A program made the translations under genes and the position numbers. From Smithellaceae bacterium (lineage in GTDB: Bacteria > Desulfobacterota > Syntrophia > Syntrophales > Smithellaceae), in contig OY821638.1 in the NCBI GenBank assembly GCA_963682105.1, positions 463,071-527,070 of the forward strand: 64,000 nucleotides of DNA, given 5' to 3'. The notes below the pieces were generated by a model. The model worked only from the letters and a program-made list of their open reading frames with translations, searched no databases and was not told where the DNA came from. Positions 17,864 to 24,972 of this stretch are shown here, one piece after another (the first letter of the stretch is position 1; the number at the start of each line of letters is the position of its first letter).

Positions 17864-17979
17864 CAATCCACCCCCAACCTGATTAACAGCCTCATAATCC
17901 CCCACAGTTCGAAAATCACCATGGACGTGATCAGCAGCCAGATTAGTCCCCAATATTTTTCGGGTATCCAGATCATCAT
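17863..17979 (-). CDS. Small hydrophobic protein (38 aa), not in the ORF track
   Basis: MMIWIPEKYWGLIWLLITSMVIFELWGIMRLLIRLGVD. ATGA overlap with the upstream stop and TGATG overlap with the downstream start, the same coupling pattern seen across this phage. Confidence 0.3.
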   Translation of the reverse strand: MMIWIPEKYWGLIWLLITSMVIFELWGIMRLLIRLGVD

Positions 17980-18317
17980 TTTTTCACCATGCCGAGAACT
18001 TTTTGGATTACAGCCAATGCCTCCGTGGGGTCTGTATCTTGAAGCTCTTTAATATCTTCCGGAGTGATACAGATGCAGCCACAGTCTTTATTGATTTTCT
18101 TCAACATACAAAAATCACTTCCGTCCCTGGTTAACTTCACGACCCACTCGACCGGCGTATAAAACGGGTTTCCACTGGTTGTCTGACGATTTGGATTGAT
18201 GACGTTATAAAAGTGCCCCTTTGGAATATCGTTGCGCCGGAATATGTCGGCGCGTTCGGCATATTTGGCCATGCGGTCAACTAATTTATCGAGCATTTCT
18301 CCGTAGGAATCAGACAT
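17976..18317 (-). CDS. Hypothetical early protein (113 aa)
   Basis: ORF with a strong SD (AAGGAGGA). First long gene after the post-cro structured region. No motif I can name. Confidence 0.5.
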   Translation of the reverse strand: MSDSYGEMLDKLVDRMAKYAERADIFRRNDIPKGHFYNVINPNRQTTSGNPFYTPVEWVVKLTRDGSDFCMLKKINKDCGCICITPEDIKELQDTDPTEALAVIQKVLGMVKK

Positions 18318-18340
18318 TTAAATCCTCCTTAAACCAAAAT

Positions 18341-18379
18341 TAGGCTTAGAAATTAGGTTTAGAAATTCAGCTTGGATTT
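18341..18379. repeat. Tandem 13-nt repeats TAGG(C/T)TTAGAAAT (2 full copies plus 1 degenerate)
   Basis: 18341..18353, 18354..18366 and a degenerate third copy, 24-62 nt upstream of the ATG at 18317. Confidence 0.7.
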
Positions 18380-18583
18380 TTGGTTTTCTATTCTCACACG
18401 CAAAAGCGTCACTTTCTTCGTGCTTGAGAGGTAAATTTGTTTTGCGTAGAATGTGAACCATGAAAACGACACCGAAAATAATTATTGAAAATATCGCAAA
18501 AAAGGTTAATGTTTGGGCAGGGTTTGCAAACTTTTGGGGAAAGCTGGCACCTGTCACGGCGTCGTTGCGCCCCCTGCCCTGTT

Positions 18584-18787
18584 TTATGCGGCCTTATTGG
18601 ATACGGGTTTTGCAATAAAGTCGTCGAATGTAACCGCGCCATCAGAAGCGGATACGATTTTAAAGATCATTTTTTTCCCGGCAAGTTCGGGATGTTGGCA
18701 AAGGTTATTCAGGTAATTTAGCGTCGTTCCGAATTTAACGGCCCATTCGGACCGATCTTTGTCTTTTAAGAATTCTTTAAGTTCCAT
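18584..18787 (-). CDS. Cro-like small DNA-binding regulator
   Basis: 67 aa. Divergent from the cI-like gene across 50 bp. First gene of the rightward (minus-strand) operon, directly behind a near-consensus promoter. Confidence 0.55.
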   Translation of the reverse strand: MELKEFLKDKDRSEWAVKFGTTLNYLNNLCQHPELAGKKMIFKIVSASDGAVTFDDFIAKPVSNKAA

Positions 18788-18793
18788 ATGTTG

Positions 18794-18822
18794 ATTTTAT
18801 CGAACAGGTAAACAGAAGTCAA
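18794..18822 (-). promoter_or_regulatory. PR-like promoter driving the cro-like operon (leaderless or near-leaderless transcript)
   Basis: Minus strand TTGACT-17 nt-TAAAAT. The -10 ends 6 nt before the cro-like ATG. Confidence 0.65.
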
Positions 18823-18837
18823 TAGGAATTATTTACC

Positions 18838-19353
18838 ATGACCCAAGATGAAACAAAACTCCACAACCTCCTCCGTCTCTGTAAAAGAGACAACATTGCT
18901 CTGGGCGCTGATCTTGGTAGAAAATTGGGATACAAGGGCGATTCCGCCAAATCAATGGGGAACGCCATAAAAAGCGGTAAAAGGAAAATTACCGGGGAAG
19001 TACTTAAGAAGGCGTGCGAATTATTTAATGTCGAAGAGGACGAGTTTTTAAAGCCTATAGGCAATGACGAGAAATCACCAGCTCAACATATTGATTTAAA
19101 TATACTAATGAAAATCATAGACGAGCAAAAAAAACGTATCGAAGAGCAGGGAAAACGAATCGATGAACAGGGTGATCGTATTTCCGAGCAGGGAAAACGA
19201 ATCGACGTAATTGCCGACATGGTTAAAGAGGATAAATCAGAGCACAAATCAATGCTGGATAGCATTCGATCCATGCAGGAAGTTTTAAATACCCAGCATG
19301 GGAAGATGAAGAAAGCCGCTGAAAATGGAGATTTAACAGCCCTGGGAGATTAA
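18838..19353 (+). CDS. cI-like repressor candidate: N-terminal HTH-like region plus a heptad-repeat coiled coil; no S24 peptidase domain
   Basis: 171 aa. Divergent from the cro-like gene. The C-terminal half contains EQKKRIE/EQGKRID/EQGDRIS/EQGKRID. I saw no Ala-Gly/Ser-Lys autocleavage module. Confidence 0.5.
   Translation: MTQDETKLHNLLRLCKRDNIALGADLGRKLGYKGDSAKSMGNAIKSGKRKITGEVLKKACELFNVEEDEFLKPIGNDEKSPAQHIDLNILMKIIDEQKKRIEEQGKRIDEQGDRISEQGKRIDVIADMVKEDKSEHKSMLDSIRSMQEVLNTQHGKMKKAAENGDLTALGD
19123..19206 (+). repeat. Four tandem 21-nt repeats encoding heptads in the cI-like gene
   Basis: gagcaaaaaaaacgtatcgaa / gagcagggaaaacgaatcgat / gaacagggtgatcgtatttcc / gagcagggaaaacgaatcgac. Confidence 0.85.
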
Positions 19354-19484
19354 AACGGTCTAGGAAAACATCTTTATATGCCGGGCTAGGCCGTGAAGAG
19401 AAAATGGGCATATTACTCGAATTTCGCAAACGAGATAACACGATTTTTCGTACAGAAATAAACAATAAATAATCAGGAGATATT

Positions 19485-20093
19485 ATGAAGCGCCTTGCAT
19501 TATTCTTTATATGTTTGTTTTTATTAATATCATGCGCCACCCGTCCCGCGCGCGATTTCAAACGTCAAGTTGCAGCTTCGTTACAGCCTGGTCAATTACG
19601 ATATTCGTTCAACATTACCCCAGAAAACCTAAAGGCAATATCTCAATGCCCAGACAAAGAACCGACGATCCACCTGATCAACATCGAGAAAATAAACAAG
19701 GATATTAAAATCATGGATGAACGTTGGTGTGCCTATGGCGACGATGACGGCCGAAAAAGAAATGGCTGTGTTTTGAATCCCCATGAAGTAACGGACCAAA
19801 TCATTGATTACACAACGGAGAGCTTCCGCCAGTGCCGCGTTTCGTCAAATGATAAGTCAATGAAAATAATAAACATTTCATTTCCACTTGATCAAACCAG
19901 TTATGTCAATAATTTCAATAGCAGCGTCGTCATGAAAATGAATGTCCACATTCCAGAATTAAACAAATCATTCACAATATCTACAACGCAAGCATCATTC
20001 GAACTGCATAATGCCGTGGCCTACGCCATCCATGATATGTCTTGGAGGCTTATCAACGATCCGACCATTCAGGATTACATTCTCTGCCGCTAA
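19485..20093 (+). CDS. Prophage-encoded lipoprotein (moron; possible superinfection-exclusion function)
   Basis: Signal peptide with lipobox (MKRLALFFICLFLLISC). SD AGGAG. AT-rich. Followed by a rho-independent terminator. Confidence 0.7.
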   Translation: MKRLALFFICLFLLISCATRPARDFKRQVAASLQPGQLRYSFNITPENLKAISQCPDKEPTIHLINIEKINKDIKIMDERWCAYGDDDGRKRNGCVLNPHEVTDQIIDYTTESFRQCRVSSNDKSMKIINISFPLDQTSYVNNFNSSVVMKMNVHIPELNKSFTISTTQASFELHNAVAYAIHDMSWRLINDPTIQDYILCR

Positions 20094-20116
20094 ATTCACA
20101 ATCTATACCCCTTCCC

Positions 20117-20142
20117 AAAACCCGCTTTATGCGGGTTTTTTA
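20117..20142 (+). terminator. Rho-independent terminator after the lipoprotein moron
   Basis: AAAACCCGC-TTTAT-GCGGGTTTT followed by TT. Confidence 0.8.
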
Positions 20143-20196
20143 TTGACCATAGAGTAAATAATTTCTATTGACGCAGTAAACATATTTTGTTATCTT
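20143..20196 (+). promoter_or_regulatory. PL-like tandem promoters for the early-left operon
   Basis: TTGACC-17-TATTGA (20143..20171) and TTGACG-17-TATCTT (20168..20196). The second carries the 19-bp block shared with the PR-like promoter. Confidence 0.55.
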
Positions 20197-20370
20197 CTTT
20201 TCCAAAAGCAAGAACCCCCGCCCCACCGCACGAGAGGGGCCGCCGGAGATCCTGAGCGCGAGACGCATAAGCAGGACGCACCCGGCGGAAGACGACGGCG
20301 GAAAAGGCACAGGCTAAGGCACCGCAAGGGAGGCATAACCTGACGGGGAAACAATTCGAAAGGAGGAACA
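20197..20370 (+). promoter_or_regulatory. GC/purine-rich structured 5' leader of the early-left operon (no ORF)
   Basis: No ATG on the plus strand in about 175 nt. Nested helices: CCGCCGG (20240..20246)/CCGGCGG (20282..20288) enclose TCCTG/CAGGA and GCG/CGC. Confidence 0.4.
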
Positions 20371-20748
20371 ATGTCAGTAATCAGAGAAACGCACGAAGTA
20401 AGTTTGGATACTATCGGGAGCGGAGCCGCGATTGAAAGATGTCAGGTCGCTATGCATGACGTACTCAATAATATCCTTGACCCGAACACTGACCCCAAAA
20501 AGAAAAGAGCGATCATCATCAAATTAGAATTTGCTCCCGACGAAAACCGCGAATTCACGAAGGTAGCGATTCACACCGAAAAGAAGCTCGCTCCCATTTT
20601 GCCGGTTTCAACTCAAATCTTCATCGGGCGCGACAAAAACGGCCACGGCGTCGCCAGCGAATTCACACCGGCGGCACAGACCGTTATTACCGACGCCATG
20701 CCGTCAAATGTAACACCCATCAAACCGCAGGAGGCAGCACAGCAATGA
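20371..20748 (+). CDS. Hypothetical early-left protein (125 aa)
   Basis: Strong SD (AAGGAGGA). First gene after the structured leader. ATGA-coupled to the next gene. Confidence 0.6.
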   Translation: MSVIRETHEVSLDTIGSGAAIERCQVAMHDVLNNILDPNTDPKKKRAIIIKLEFAPDENREFTKVAIHTEKKLAPILPVSTQIFIGRDKNGHGVASEFTPAAQTVITDAMPSNVTPIKPQEAAQQ

Positions 20749-21482
20749 TCAAAGAAGCAATTGACAGAATTTTATCGTTGGCGCCGGTCCCGTCCACCAT
20801 TCAGGAAATCGAAGGCCGGAAATATATTGATACACAAAAGGGCGGTGGCTTGGTGCCGCTTAAAAAACCGAAACCCGAACCTTTGACCGTCCACACTCTT
20901 TCGGGCATCATTGATTATTTGGCAAAAGAAATCGACTATCTCAAAGAAGCACAATCGGATCATTTTATTCAGGTCGTTTCACCGACCGAAGTTGTCATCA
21001 GCGCGGCATTCAATGGCGCTGGATTTTTTGAGCGGCCGGAATTCTTGACGGCTACCTTTGAGCCGCCCCAAATCAGAATCGGCGATTATGTTTCGCTTGA
21101 AAACTTCATCATTGGTCTTCAGGCATATTTTGTTCAGGACGAAACCACAGCACAGCTTTTAAAGCTTGTCGGCAACGTCAAAGATGAAACCGTTATGCAG
21201 TTTTCCGATGACGGACGTACTCAGGCGGTTTCCGCGAGAACAGGCATATCTATGGTTGAAGTCGCGCCCGTTCCGAACCCGATCACATTGCGGCCGTTCA
21301 GAACGTTCCCCGAGATTGAACAGCCTGAAAGCCTTTTCATCTGTCGGTTGCGTCAGCAAAAAGACGCGCCGCCCGCTTGTGGCCTGTGGGAAGCGGACAA
21401 CAAGCTTTGGAAGGTGAAGGCGATCACGAGCATTGCAGAATGGCTTAAGGAGCGCCTTCCCGACGTTTCGATCATCGCATAA
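20745..21482 (+). CDS. Hypothetical early-left protein (245 aa; possibly DUF2303/YfdQ-like, unverified)
   Basis: Coupled ORF. The size and its pairing with a protein of about 120 aa recall yfdP-yfdQ of E. coli prophage CPS-53. This comes from memory only. Confidence 0.55.
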   Translation: MIKEAIDRILSLAPVPSTIQEIEGRKYIDTQKGGGLVPLKKPKPEPLTVHTLSGIIDYLAKEIDYLKEAQSDHFIQVVSPTEVVISAAFNGAGFFERPEFLTATFEPPQIRIGDYVSLENFIIGLQAYFVQDETTAQLLKLVGNVKDETVMQFSDDGRTQAVSARTGISMVEVAPVPNPITLRPFRTFPEIEQPESLFICRLRQQKDAPPACGLWEADNKLWKVKAITSIAEWLKERLPDVSIIA

Positions 21483-21607
21483 TTTCACGAGGGGAGGTGA
21501 TTTGTATGAATCCCCGTTAATAATTGTTCCACGCGGAAGAGGCCCGCCCAAGCCAGCGATTGAGCGGGGAAGATAAACCGGTGTTGAGAAAACAGGAGCT
21601 AGAATCC

Positions 21608-21790
21608 ATGAAAACGAGAGCATCCAGATTACAAAATCCCTTTGAGCGGGGCGCTGGACCCGCTGAAGAATCGCTCGACAGGTTTTTTTTCTTTGTTAAT
21701 CGGTGGTCGGCGCGCCTTTCATGGGCGCTGATCGTGTTTTCTGCAATATATTTTGCCCCGTTTCTTGCGGGGATAATTTCCAGAGGTTAA
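21608..21790 (+). CDS. Small C-terminally anchored membrane protein (60 aa)
   Basis: ATG at 21608 preceded by CAGGAG. TM segment LSWALIVFSAIYFAPFLAGII. Its stop lies 3 nt before the next start. Confidence 0.4.
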   Translation: MKTRASRLQNPFERGAGPAEESLDRFFFFVNRWSARLSWALIVFSAIYFAPFLAGIISRG

Positions 21791-21793
21791 ACC

Positions 21794-21979
21794 ATGCCCC
21801 TACCATACCGCGAGACATTGAGGGACGGGAAGCCGCGCTTCGGAGTTCTGGTCGGCTTCAACCGTCAGGACGGTACGCCTTTATGGGCGGACGTGGCGCT
21901 TAGTACGGCGCGAGAGTTGGTGAACAACATAACGGCACTACAGGAGTTTGTGGCCAAGCATTCGAGGGTGAAGAAATGA
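21794..21979 (+). CDS. Hypothetical protein (61 aa)
   Basis: ORF in the operon, ATGA-coupled to the nuclease gene. Confidence 0.45.
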   Translation: MPLPYRETLRDGKPRFGVLVGFNRQDGTPLWADVALSTARELVNNITALQEFVAKHSRVKK

Positions 21980-22512
21980 TTCTATTCCCCAGAGTAACAG
22001 AAGTCCTTTCACCCTGGACGGACTTTTCAATGATCCCGCCTGACGTTCTTCGTGCAGCGGCGGAGAGAGGAACGGCTGTTCATGATGCATGCGCCGCCTA
22101 CGCCTTGGGCTTGCCGGTCATTGGGTTGCGCGATGACGCAGCGCCCTACGTTGAGAGTTTTAAACGTTGGCATTCCCACGTTGTCGAGCACGTTATCCTT
22201 TGCGAGCAACGGATCACCGACGAAGATTTTGGATACCACGGAGAACCGGACCTGCTTGTTAAATCGAAGTCGCAGGAGATTATCCTTCTGGACCTGAAAA
22301 CGCCGGTTACGAAAACAAAGACGTGGAGAATTCAACTCGCGGCATACACGAACCTTTGCCGGAAACTTCTGGACATGAAGATTGACCGCGTCGGCTCTTT
22401 GCGCCTCTCCCCAGAGGGGAAGACGCCAAAGATGGATTATTATGAATATCAGGACAAAGATTTTGCAATCTTTGTGTCTGCACTTAATTGTTATCGTTTT
22501 TTTAATTCATGA
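21976..22512 (+). CDS. PD-(D/E)XK family nuclease (RecB/Cas4-like phage exonuclease)
   Basis: Motifs GEPDLLV...ILLDLKT...QLAAY fit the D...(D/E)xK...QxxxY pattern. Lies in an operon with RecT. Confidence 0.7.
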   Translation: MILFPRVTEVLSPWTDFSMIPPDVLRAAAERGTAVHDACAAYALGLPVIGLRDDAAPYVESFKRWHSHVVEHVILCEQRITDEDFGYHGEPDLLVKSKSQEIILLDLKTPVTKTKTWRIQLAAYTNLCRKLLDMKIDRVGSLRLSPEGKTPKMDYYEYQDKDFAIFVSALNCYRFFNS

Positions 22513-23462
22513 AAGGAAATATTATGGATTTATCAGCAGCATTAGACGAAGCGTGCGATCAATGGGACGGAGGAGGAATGCCCGATCCCGATACAACGGC
22601 AGCGCTTACGGGATGTAAAGAAACCGTTGACGCCGTGTTTGTGGTGGAGAAGAAGCCCGAAGTATTGCCACCGGTGGCCCCGTCCCTCTCCGTCGAGGTC
22701 GTCAAACCTCAGTTCCTGCAGATCGTGGCAAACATCGAAAAGATGGTGGCCGATGCAAAGGCCATTGAAGTCAAGGACGAAGATAGTTGCAAATTCGCGG
22801 TTGCTCTGGGTGGCGCGGCAAAGAAGGCTGCAAAGGCGCTTGAGGCAAAAGAGAAGGAAGTCACGGCAGAGGCAAGCGACTTCGTGAAGTCCTGCCGGGC
22901 GCTCCGGGACATGTTCCTTGACCGGCTGGTCGCCAATACCAAAAAGACGAACACGGACAGCATTGAAATCGTATTGAAGGCAAAAATCACCGCCTATCAA
23001 TCACGGATCGAACTTGAACGCCGGAAGCAGGAGGAAGCCGCCCGGAAATCGGCGGCTGAATTGCAGGCCAAGCTTGACGCGGACGCAGAAGAAGCGAACC
23101 GAAAGGCCCGCGAGGAAGCTATCAGAATTGCGGAAGAAGCCGCCCGGAAAAAGAAAGCTTCTGACGATGAAATCGCCGCCGCCCGGAAAGCAGCAGAGGA
23201 AGAGGCCAAAAAACATGAAATCACAGCCCCGACAGTGACGGCCCCGGTTATCCCTGTGACGAACAACGTCACGCGAACGGAAACCGGCACATCGGCACAT
23301 CAGGCGAAATCATGGAAATGCCGGATTGCCACACCGGCGCTTGTTCCCCGCGAATTCTGCGAGCCGTCCATGAAACTGTTGAATGATGCGGTCAAAATGG
23401 GCGTCCGAGAGATTGCCGGATGCGTGATCGAGGAAGTGTCGGACACCAGATTTAGAACGTGA
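22509..23462 (+). CDS. Coiled-coil early protein of unknown function (317 aa)
   Basis: Long Ala/Lys/Glu helical centre and a compact C-terminal domain (KSWKCRIATPALVPREF...). Lies between the nuclease and recT. Confidence 0.5.
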   Translation: MKGNIMDLSAALDEACDQWDGGGMPDPDTTAALTGCKETVDAVFVVEKKPEVLPPVAPSLSVEVVKPQFLQIVANIEKMVADAKAIEVKDEDSCKFAVALGGAAKKAAKALEAKEKEVTAEASDFVKSCRALRDMFLDRLVANTKKTNTDSIEIVLKAKITAYQSRIELERRKQEEAARKSAAELQAKLDADAEEANRKAREEAIRIAEEAARKKKASDDEIAAARKAAEEEAKKHEITAPTVTAPVIPVTNNVTRTETGTSAHQAKSWKCRIATPALVPREFCEPSMKLLNDAVKMGVREIAGCVIEEVSDTRFRT

Positions 23463-23468
23463 GGCATC

Positions 23469-23729
23469 ATGAAAACAGTCAATATCAATAAGGCCCAGAC
23501 AATCGGACCATCAGGCGAAATCGAAAGCGTCAATATTGTAATCGATAATCCAGTTCCGGAGCATAGAAGAGATTTGAGCTTTGAGGAAATGGGATTTTTT
23601 TTCGATAAAGAAGCAAATTTTCTTGCTGACGCATTATTCAAGACGCTTCCACAAGGAACCATGGACCGCCTTTTAATCGCCCTGATGAAGAGGAAATTGT
23701 CTCTATATATCGGGCCAACTAACTCATAA
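23469..23729 (+). CDS. Hypothetical protein (86 aa)
   Basis: ORF with SD GTGAGG, in the operon. Confidence 0.45.
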   Translation: MKTVNINKAQTIGPSGEIESVNIVIDNPVPEHRRDLSFEEMGFFFDKEANFLADALFKTLPQGTMDRLLIALMKRKLSLYIGPTNS

Positions 23730-23751
23730 TTTTAATTAAGGAGGATTTGCA

Positions 23752-24837
23752 ATGTCAGGAGAAACAAACACCCTACCCGTACCCGGCGCAATTCAATCAA
23801 TGCCCCCGGCCCCCATTATGGGAACATCAATTTTTTTAAACATGCAAAGATTCGTTGAGGCACAGAGAGTTGCCCAGATGCTTTCAGCGTCAACCCTGAT
23901 CCCCGAGCATTTCCGGGGCAACATCGGAAACTGTGTCATTGCCTTGAATCTTGCCGAACGATTAAACGTTGACCCGTTTATGCTGATGCAAACCATGTAT
24001 GTGGTTCATGGCCGTCCCGGAATCGAAGGCAAACTGGCCATTGCATTGGTCGAAGGCACCGGCCGCTTTTCACCGCTGAAATTCAAATTCGATGGAAGCG
24101 GAAAGACCGACAGAAAAGTTGACCGCCCTGACTCATGCGTTGCCTATGCCACGGAATTAAAAAGCGGTGAAGTCCTGCAAGGTCCGAAAGTGACGTGGGC
24201 CATGGCCGATGCCGAAGGATGGTTAAAGGGCAAGCAGATGAAAAACGGCGGCGGAGAAATACCGTCAAAATGGCACACGTTGCCCGAATTGATGTTCATG
24301 TACCGATCTGCAACATTCTTTGCCCGTACCCATTGCCCCGGCGCTCTTCTGGGACTCCGAACTACTGACGAACTTGACGATATGTCCATCACAATGGAGC
24401 CGACTGCAACGGGCGCCTATGAGGTTGAAAAACCGGAACTAACAAGCGCCCCGGAAATAGACGTCGACGCCACCTTTAACGGTACAATCCCCGAAGGGAC
24501 CGACAAAGCAGTCCTGGACGTATTTCTTGAATCCACGGCAAAGCGGAACAATACTACCGTTGAAGCCGTAAAGCGGGAGGCGATAACAAAGGCCGAAGAG
24601 TTCTGGAAGATCTTCAACGCCTACTTGAAAACGCGCCAGCAGAAAAACGGGAAGGCAAAGACGGAAGCACCGGCAACGCCCCCCGCGCCCAATGGCCAGG
24701 GGACCGAAACGAAAGAGTATGCGCCCGGTGAATGCCCGGAGACGCCAGGAACGATTTACATAAAGGAATTTTGCGACGCCTGCAAGAAGCGCCAGGGTTG
24801 CCCGGTATGGTCGGCGGTTGACGGGAAAGCGAAATGA
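23752..24837 (+). CDS. recT: RecT-family single-strand annealing protein
   Basis: N-terminal two thirds are RecT-like (AQMLSASTLIPEHFRGNIGNCVIALNLAERLNVDPFMLMQTMYVVHGRPGIEGK). Strong SD AAGGAGGA. Confidence 0.8.
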   Translation: MSGETNTLPVPGAIQSMPPAPIMGTSIFLNMQRFVEAQRVAQMLSASTLIPEHFRGNIGNCVIALNLAERLNVDPFMLMQTMYVVHGRPGIEGKLAIALVEGTGRFSPLKFKFDGSGKTDRKVDRPDSCVAYATELKSGEVLQGPKVTWAMADAEGWLKGKQMKNGGGEIPSKWHTLPELMFMYRSATFFARTHCPGALLGLRTTDELDDMSITMEPTATGAYEVEKPELTSAPEIDVDATFNGTIPEGTDKAVLDVFLESTAKRNNTTVEAVKREAITKAEEFWKIFNAYLKTRQQKNGKAKTEAPATPPAPNGQGTETKEYAPGECPETPGTIYIKEFCDACKKRQGCPVWSAVDGKAK

Positions 24838-24972
24838 TAATTTTGGCCGTGCCAGGTGGGCGAGCATGCGCGTGTCGTTTCGATACGACCACGGCCATCA
24901 AAACAAACCCTCCTTCCCCGGTCCAGCAGTCGGGGGCCGGGTGTTTGGAAGGATAAGGAAAAACGTTTAAAA

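Noticed and set aside
18318-18557. 79-aa minus-strand ORF filling the gap after the cro-like gene.
   Set aside because: It has no SD. Its composition changes abruptly, and it spans the GC-rich hairpins and the tandem 13-mers. The interval is better explained as regulatory RNA/DNA. It is kept only as a caveat in the corresponding finding.
18485-18721. Plus-strand ORFs of 67-78 aa overlapping the cro-like gene and the post-cro region.
   Set aside because: They are antisense to the cro-like gene and the structured interval, with no SD and no supporting context.
20165-20371. 68-aa minus-strand ORF covering the early-left leader.
   Set aside because: It is antisense to the promoter and leader and is Cys/Arg/Ala-rich with no SD. 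It would be transcribed into the terminator of the lipoprotein gene.
21506-21520. Four-codon mini-ORF (MNPR) behind a very strong SD (GGGGAGGTGA) in the 125-nt gap after the 245-aa gene.
   Set aside because: It is too short to evaluate. The SD and start can pair in a GGGGA/TCCCC hairpin. It may be a leftover or a coupling device, and I cannot support a feature call.
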